Origin: a virus
Lineage: Duplodnaviria > Heunggongvirae > Uroviricota > Caudoviricetes
Direction: 5' to 3' (one strand)
DNA: 64,000 bases
Virus record (IMG/VR): IMGVR_UViG_3300037882_002350
Span: 18,999-82,998 of that record
Shown piece after piece: positions 59,699-64,000 of the stretch. Numbering within the stretch: the stretch's first letter is position 1; each line of letters opens with the position of its first letter. The position numbers were made by a program, and so were the translations under genes. Below the pieces are notes generated by a model. That model had not been told where the DNA came from and ran no database searches. It saw only the letters and a list, made by a program, of their open reading frames with translations.

Positions 59699-59775
59699 TC
59701 CCCGAAGTGCAAATTGGTATAGCAGCACGGCTTTGAACCGTGTGCTTGTGGGTTCGAAACCCACGCGGGGATCCA
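59699..59775 (+). tRNA. tRNA-Gln(TTG)
   Basis: Acceptor TCCCCGA/GCGGGGA (one mismatch), anticodon arm CACGG-cTTTGaa-CCGTG, T-arm GTGGG-TTCGAAA-CCCAC, then T-CCA. Confidence 0.55.
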
Positions 59776-59783
59776 AATTTAAT

Positions 59784-59873
59784 GGAAGGTTAAGTCAGCA
59801 GGTGCTGGCCTCTGTCTTGAAAACAGATGGTACACGAAGGTGTATGGGGATCGAGACCGCCGGCCTTCCTCCA
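59784..59873 (+). tRNA. type-II tRNA-Ser(TGA)-like
   Basis: Acceptor GGAAGGT/GCCTTCC, anticodon arm TCTGT-cTTGAaa-ACAGA, long variable arm, CCA encoded. I could not fold the T-arm cleanly. Confidence 0.4.
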
Positions 59874-59905
59874 AAAACAACGCTGCATGGTGCGCCCAGC
59901 AGCCT

Positions 59906-59931
59906 CCTCACCGCTACGGCGGTGAGGTTTT
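59906..59931 (+). terminator. intrinsic terminator
   Basis: CCTCACCGC-tac-GGCGGTGAGG followed by TTTT. Confidence 0.5.
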
Positions 59932-60081
59932 AACAAGGAATATATGTTTAACTATTTAGCACAATCTAATACTATAAAACCTCATCTGGGGTTATTTTGT
60001 GCGCATGGCAGGTCGTTTGGTGACGACGGGGGTCTCATAAGCCTCTAGAATTGATTCGATTTCAATACCTGCTACCATTGC

Positions 60082-60115
60082 GCCACGGTTCTAAATGAAT
60101 TTCGTGGCTTTTTTA
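60082..60115 (+). terminator. possible intrinsic terminator
   Basis: GCCACG...CGTGGC followed by TTTTTTATT. The loop is long, at 15 nt. Confidence 0.35.
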
Positions 60116-60337
60116 TTGGAAATAAAATGAAAATTCTTAAAATTACACCTGTACAGTCTTATATTGTAAAAACAGATGATAAAGAGTGGCCTTACTATAG
60201 AACGGACGGTAAAGGCAACTGGGAAAATCAAATAGGTGAGTCTTGGGAAGGCATCTACGATGTGGACGATGAATTAGAAAAAGCCGTTTCTGAATTTCTT
60301 TCTTGACTTTCAACCTGTTTGCATTTATAACAGATAA

Positions 60338-60562
60338 ATGATGACAAAAGAAGAAGAATATGAGCGATTTATTGAAGACCGTGATATGGCGGAGTCGAAC
60401 CTAGAATCTTTAAACGAAGAGATTCGACATCTAGAAATGTCTATGGATAAGTTTGAACTAACAGAAGAGTGGAATTCACTATTCAATGAAATAACAGTTC
60501 TAGAAAGCCGGGTGAATTATTTAAATTCTTGGATTGATGCAGAAATGGACGAGTTTGCTTAG
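60338..60562 (+). CDS. hypothetical acidic coiled-coil protein
   Basis: 74-aa ORF after promoter TTGACT..TATAAC. Its last 16 nt overlap the tRNA-like element at 60547. Confidence 0.35.
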   Translation: MMTKEEEYERFIEDRDMAESNLESLNEEIRHLEMSMDKFELTEEWNSLFNEITVLESRVNYLNSWIDAEMDEFA

Positions 60563-60635
60563 TAGGCCGAAAGCACCGGGCTCTTAATCCGAACGCGAAA
60601 GCGCACCGTGGGTTCGAATCCCACCTCGTCCTCCA
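60547..60635 (+). tRNA. atypical tRNA-like element (type-II-like, anticodon CTT as read)
   Basis: Acceptor GGACGAG/CTCGTCC, T-arm GTGGG-TTCGAAT-CCCAC, T-CCA encoded, variable hairpin CGCGAAAGCG. The D-loop is long and the anticodon stem irregular. Confidence 0.3.
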
Positions 60636-60654
60636 GTTTATAGAAAGTTTCTAC

Positions 60655-60975
60655 ATGCAAATACGGCATCGTCGTTTGGAAGACCGCTTGTGGGTAGAAG
60701 CTATTATAGATAACAGAGTAATAGCTTGGGCTTCTTTTGTTCTTAATGAGAAAAAATACTTATGGTCTGCTTCGACATTTGTAGAGCCTAAATATCGCAG
60801 AGCAAAAGTAGCTAAACAGATTTATATGTATGCACATAATTTAGGGTATGAAATACGACCTTCGGGTCTTCAAACAGATGCCGGCAGGCTCATGTGGAAA
60901 TCCTTTAAAAAACAGAGACTACCATTTGCAAAGTTAAATATATTTGAACGAATAATATATAAAGTCTTAGGTTAA
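60655..60975 (+). CDS. small GNAT-like hypothetical protein
   Basis: 106-aa ORF. VEPKYRRAKVAKQIYMYAHNLGYEI weakly resembles GNAT motif A. Confidence 0.25.
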   Translation: MQIRHRRLEDRLWVEAIIDNRVIAWASFVLNEKKYLWSASTFVEPKYRRAKVAKQIYMYAHNLGYEIRPSGLQTDAGRLMWKSFKKQRLPFAKLNIFERIIYKVLG

Positions 60976-61010
60976 GTCCTAAGCTATGGCCGAAATTGAA
61001 CAGTTCATAT

Positions 61011-61087
61011 GGACCGGTAGTTCAATAGGCTGAACGACGGGCTTTTAATCCGTGCGCATGCGGGTTCGAACCCCACCCGGTCTACCA
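61011..61087 (+). tRNA. tRNA-Lys(TTT)
   Basis: Acceptor GGACCGG/CCGGTCT (G1-U72), D-arm GTTC-AATAGGCT-GAAC, anticodon arm ACGGG-cTTTTaa-TCCGT, T-arm GCGGG-TTCGAAC-CCCAC, then A-CCA. Confidence 0.6.
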
Positions 61088-61234
61088 GTTTAAAAAGACA
61101 AAGGCACAGCATAACTAATACTAGTTAAACATAAGTTATATTAGGTAATTCCTAATTGCACGGCTTATTAACAGAATTAATTACTCAAGTTAATAATCTA
61201 GGTAGCTTTGTGCCACCAATCAAAAAAACAGTTC

Positions 61235-61263
61235 TTGACTTCCAAGGCTGTTTTATGTATAAT
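61235..61263 (+). promoter_or_regulatory. consensus early promoter upstream of a 250-nt leader and tRNA-Pro
   Basis: TTGACT (61235-40), 17 nt spacer, TATAAT (61258-63), then GAGTTATCAAGAG. Confidence 0.55.
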
Positions 61264-61525
61264 GAGTTATCAAGAGCAGAGAGGATCATTTTGCGTTAAC
61301 AGAGTTAATACTCGGTGAAGTAATCAACTTTTTAAATGTTCTGATAAGCTATGCCAAACTAGCGTCGCAAGACGAAGTAAGGCATAAACTCTAGCCCACG
61401 AGTATAAATTGAGCGGGCTGCACAATCCGTTGGATGTTCCGTGCAGGGCTGGGAGAGGGACGGGACTCCTTGCACTAGGGTATCTAAGGAAGATTTAATT
61501 TTAGCACAGCCGCTAAAGCCTACAT

Positions 61526-61602
<77 letters not shown>

Positions 61603-61773
61603 GTTTATGTTGGGTGGGCACAGTCCCTACGAAGTCATCGGTGAGGTTACACCATGCGCCCGACGCCAAGTTTAGCTACGCAAACACTAGTAGGTCAATG
61701 AAAGTGTGGGCTTATGGTGCAGGAGGTATGATGTTGACTCGAATACCACAATACACCGCTAATTAAATTTATG

Positions 61774-61828
61774 TCGAGATTCCCTGGGGGTAAGTGCACA
61801 TAGGCGGTTCGAATCCGTGTCTCGACTC
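61774..61828 (+). pseudogene. truncated tRNA-like fragment (acceptor stem plus T-arm only)
   Basis: GTCGAGA ... GGCGG-TTCGAAT-CCGTG-TCTCGAC. Only about 21 nt lie between the acceptor and the T-arm, and there is no CCA. Confidence 0.25.
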
Positions 61829-61930
61829 TAAGTTTCTCATAACTGAACCAAGTAGACTAGTAAACGCTTGGCAGAAGTTTATGTAGAGGAGAGCCGCGTG
61901 GGGCTAAGTAAAGTACCACGAATTTTAAAT

Positions 61931-62005
61931 GCGTGCGTGGCGTAATCGGTAACGTGACAGGCTTCCAACCTGTAGTCGAGGGTTCGATTCCCTCCGTATG
62001 CTCCA
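61931..62005 (+). tRNA. tRNA-Gly(TCC)
   Basis: Acceptor GCGTGCG/CGTATGC (two G-U pairs), anticodon arm ACAGG-cTTCCaa-CCTGT, T-arm GAGGG-TTCGATT-CCCTC, then T-CCA. Confidence 0.6.
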
Positions 62006-62041
62006 AATTCCGAGACATTCTGTCTCAACTTAGGAGAAACA

Positions 62042-62527
62042 ATGAAACTATTTACAATCGCAGCACTAGCTGCTGCCCTCGTAACGACACCAGCTCTTTC
62101 GCGAACTAATGAGAATTTTACCGGAGTCCGAGCAGAAGTAACGGCGGGTGTTAATGATGTTACTAATAGCCCTGATGTAAACGATGTTGTATATGGAGCA
62201 GCTATTGGCGTAGATGTACCTGTTAGTGACCGATTTACATTTGGTGTAGAAGCAAATACGAGCAATGTATTTGAAGATGAACGCCAAATTGGTGCTAGTA
62301 TGCGTATTGGTTACGCACTTAATAAACAATTTCTTGGCTACGTGAAAGGCGGTTATAACAATTATAATAATGTCTTTTCTCAAAAACTAGACGGTGCTAC
62401 AGCAGGTGCCGGTGTAGAGTTCAGCATTAGTGATAATAGCTATGTGAAAGCAGAATATAATTATACTGATTTTCAAGCTAATACAGGAAGCCACGCGGCA
62501 CTTATTGGTGTGGGACTTCGATTTTAA
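62042..62527 (+). CDS. outer-membrane beta-barrel protein (Lom/Ail/OmpX-like)
   Basis: Signal peptide MKLFTIAALAAALVTTPALS. Alternating amphipathic beta strands. Aromatic C-terminus ...ALIGVGLRF. 161 aa, RBS aggagaaacaATG. Confidence 0.55.
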   Translation: MKLFTIAALAAALVTTPALSRTNENFTGVRAEVTAGVNDVTNSPDVNDVVYGAAIGVDVPVSDRFTFGVEANTSNVFEDERQIGASMRIGYALNKQFLGYVKGGYNNYNNVFSQKLDGATAGAGVEFSISDNSYVKAEYNYTDFQANTGSHAALIGVGLRF

Positions 62528-62676
62528 TAAGGTACTGGTCTCTCATAGAACCTGGTTGCGTTCGCGACGCACATTATGATAAGCGGTGACTTTCAGCTTA
62601 TCAAATTCATAAGTGACCCTCGGTCAGCGCAGCTTATGACGTTTTCGGGTATCGAATAACCCGCCAGATTTTATAT

Positions 62677-62753
62677 GCCTGCGTAGTCCAACGGTAGGAG
62701 ACAACACGCTTAGAACGTGAACAGTGTCAGTTCGAATCTGACCGTAGGTACCA
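62677..62753 (+). tRNA. tRNA with anticodon TAG (Leu by anticodon) but a short type-I variable loop
   Basis: Acceptor GCCTGCG/CGTAGGT, anticodon arm CACG-cTTAGaa-CGTG, T-arm GTCAG-TTCGAAT-CTGAC, then A-CCA. Confidence 0.5.
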
Positions 62754-62764
62754 AAATTTAATTC

Positions 62765-62793
62765 TTGACTTTCGACCTCCAAATTGCTATAAT
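62765..62793 (+). promoter_or_regulatory. consensus early promoter (leaderless HNH gene)
   Basis: TTGACT (62765-70), 17 nt spacer, TATAAT (62788-93). The ATG at 62801 lies 7 nt downstream. Confidence 0.5.
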
Positions 62794-62800
62794 TTGGCAT

Positions 62801-63481
62801 ATGGAAGAAAAAATAAAAGAAAATTTTTATCAAAAATTACAAATTGATCGCAAAGCGGAGTTTGTGTCTAAATGGGGAGTTAAACCTGCAATTACAATAG
62901 AGAATCTTATAGATGCTTTATGGTTGTTTGAAACAGGTCCTAAAGCTATAGAATTTTTAGGTCGATCTCCTCAAAGTTTTAATAGAAATATAAAAAAACT
63001 ATTTCCAAATGTACAGTTACAAGGAGGTGGACAAACATGGAAGCATTGGCTTATAAGTCAATCAGACTATAAGCGGTGTTGTACTTGTAATAATTTTAAG
63101 TTAAAAATTGATTTTAATAAAGAAAAATCTCGCTACGATAATTTAAGTTCAAAATGCAGAGACTGTGCCAAAGATAGCAGTGCTGAAAACTATAAAAATA
63201 ATCAAAGTTACTTTATAGAATATCGTGCAACTCATGATTCAGAACAACGAGCACGCACAGCTAAAAGAAGAGCAGCGAAATTACAGAGAACTCCCAAATG
63301 GGCTGATCTCAAAGCCATTCAATTAGTATATAAGCTATGCCCTGAAGGTTATCATGTAGATCATATTTATCCTTTGCAAGGGGAGTTTGTTTCTGGATTA
63401 CATGTCGAGAATAACTTACAATATTTAACTGAAAAAGAAAATCTTAAAAAGGGCAATAAGATGCCTGAATTTATTTCTTGA
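62801..63481 (+). CDS. HNH homing endonuclease
   Basis: C-terminal CPEGYHVDHIYPL...HVENNLQYLTEKENLKKGNK. Paralogue of 52637..53260. The listed ORF 62765..63481 starts inside the promoter. Confidence 0.55.
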   Translation: MEEKIKENFYQKLQIDRKAEFVSKWGVKPAITIENLIDALWLFETGPKAIEFLGRSPQSFNRNIKKLFPNVQLQGGGQTWKHWLISQSDYKRCCTCNNFKLKIDFNKEKSRYDNLSSKCRDCAKDSSAENYKNNQSYFIEYRATHDSEQRARTAKRRAAKLQRTPKWADLKAIQLVYKLCPEGYHVDHIYPLQGEFVSGLHVENNLQYLTEKENLKKGNKMPEFIS

Positions 63482-63525
63482 CTTTGAAGCCCTAAACGAA
63501 TATAATGGCTTTATTAAGAGACAAT

Positions 63526-63612
63526 GGGGTTGTGGCGAAACTGGTTATACGCGCGAGACTTAAAATCTTGTGGATTTATTCCGTGTGGGTTCGAGTCCCA
63601 TCTTCCCTACCA
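63526..63612 (+). tRNA. type-II tRNA-Leu(TAA)-like
   Basis: Anticodon arm CGAGA-cTTAAaa-TCTTG, long variable hairpin GGATTTATCC, T-arm GTGGG-TTCGAGT-CCCAT, A-CCA encoded. The acceptor GGGGTTG/CTTCCCT has two U-U mismatches. It is fed directly by promoter 63478-63506. Confidence 0.45.
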
Positions 63613-63701
63613 TTTAAATAAAGGAGATAAAGATGTTTACAATTATTTTGCTTGGTGTAGCCATTTATGGTGGATATAAATGGGGTCAACATAACAATTA
63701 A

Positions 63702-63786
63702 GGGTAGGTAAAGCTAGTGGTTCTAGCAGGGAGTCTGTAAAACTCCTCCGGTCTCGGGAGTGATTCGATCTCACACCTGCCCACCA
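63702..63786 (+). tRNA. type-II tRNA-Tyr(GTA)
   Basis: Acceptor GGGTAGG/CCTGCCC, D-arm GCTA-GTGGTTC-TAGC, anticodon arm GGAGT-cTGTAaa-ACTCC, long variable hairpin CCGGTCTCGG, T-arm GTGA-TTCGATC-TCAC, then A-CCA. Confidence 0.55.
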
Positions 63787-64000
63787 GAAATTTAGGATGC
63801 TAACAGCAAACCATTTCAAATTTTCTTCATAGCAGAAAACAAGAATGGCATCCTGGACAGTTGAGTCCTTTACCTATCGGTCTAGGATTTATCAAGGTTT
63901 TGAATGTTGAACCAGCATAGCGAATCAACACTTAATGGCGACTCGTGCTGAAATTGGTAAACGGGGTGGCAAGTACCTAGATGATAAATCGGGGAAAGCT

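Noticed and set aside
59733-59933. 66-aa ORF 59733..59933
   Set aside because: It overlaps tRNA-Gln and the Ser-like tRNA and ends in a terminator hairpin. It is the translation of structured RNA genes.
60010-60092. Possible minus-strand tRNA (CCGTGGCGCAATGGTAGC motif on the reverse strand)
   Set aside because: The D-arm-like segment is not accompanied by an acceptor stem, anticodon arm or T-arm in a cloverleaf. The region is better explained as a terminator hairpin on the plus strand.

Overview
This 64 kb window reads as a contiguous piece of a large virulent tailed phage genome, about 38% GC overall. I saw no integrase, attachment sites or host housekeeping flank. There are four parts. (1) Positions 1-19,010 are a minus-strand late/structural module. 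In transcription order it holds tail-fibre-like and collagen-like proteins, a candidate small terminase, the large terminase, an HNH endonuclease, the portal protein, a fused prohead protease-scaffold-HK97-type capsid protein, neck proteins, the tail tube, two overlapping chaperone-like ORFs and the start of the tape measure, which runs off the left end. (2) Positions 19,700-29,660 are a higher-GC (about 45%) block resembling a T5-type pre-early (first-step-transfer) region. It has an A1-like 553-aa metallophosphoesterase and a HAD phosphatase. It also has a SprT-like HExxH protein, five copies of a GGCGCCGAAAATTTT intergenic motif and a family of ATGATA(C/T)GTTATA..ATCAT palindromes. Four tandem short promoter-to-terminator transcription units lack long ORFs, and a 1.2 kb non-coding stretch follows them. 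(3) Positions 29,660-58,830 are a plus-strand early region driven by at least 20 near-identical sigma70-type promoters (AGTTCTTGACTT-N17-TATAATGAG). It is packed with small ORFs, including a run of about nine transmembrane micropeptides. Recognisable genes are an NAD+ salvage pair (Nampt plus NadM-Nudix NMNAT), ThyX, dUTPase, an NT5C-type deoxyribonucleotidase, an S-adenosylmethionine decarboxylase-like protein and a PTH2-type peptidyl-tRNA hydrolase. It also carries a ribosomal protein S21 homologue, a class II aminoacyl-tRNA-synthetase-like catalytic core, a SleB-like cell-wall hydrolase, a spanin pair, an SPFH lipoprotein, HNH/T5orf172-type endonuclease-like genes and a 2.1 kb GC-rich (about 55%) foreign island. 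Two RNA elements stand out here. One is an apparent circularly permuted two-piece tmRNA gene whose tag reading frame encodes ANDNENTVEYALAA. The other is a roughly 700-nt promoter-to-terminator structured RNA with tRNA-like arm motifs. (4) Positions 58,830-63,790 are a tRNA cluster of about 10 tRNAs plus tRNA-like fragments, several of them atypical. Between the tRNAs sit two paralogous HNH endonucleases, an outer-membrane beta-barrel (Lom/Ail-like) gene and small ORFs. All calls come from reading the sequence; no database searches were run. The T5-like assignment of part 2 is an inference from gene content and layout. Coordinates derived from the 60-nt line counts may be off by 1-2 nt.
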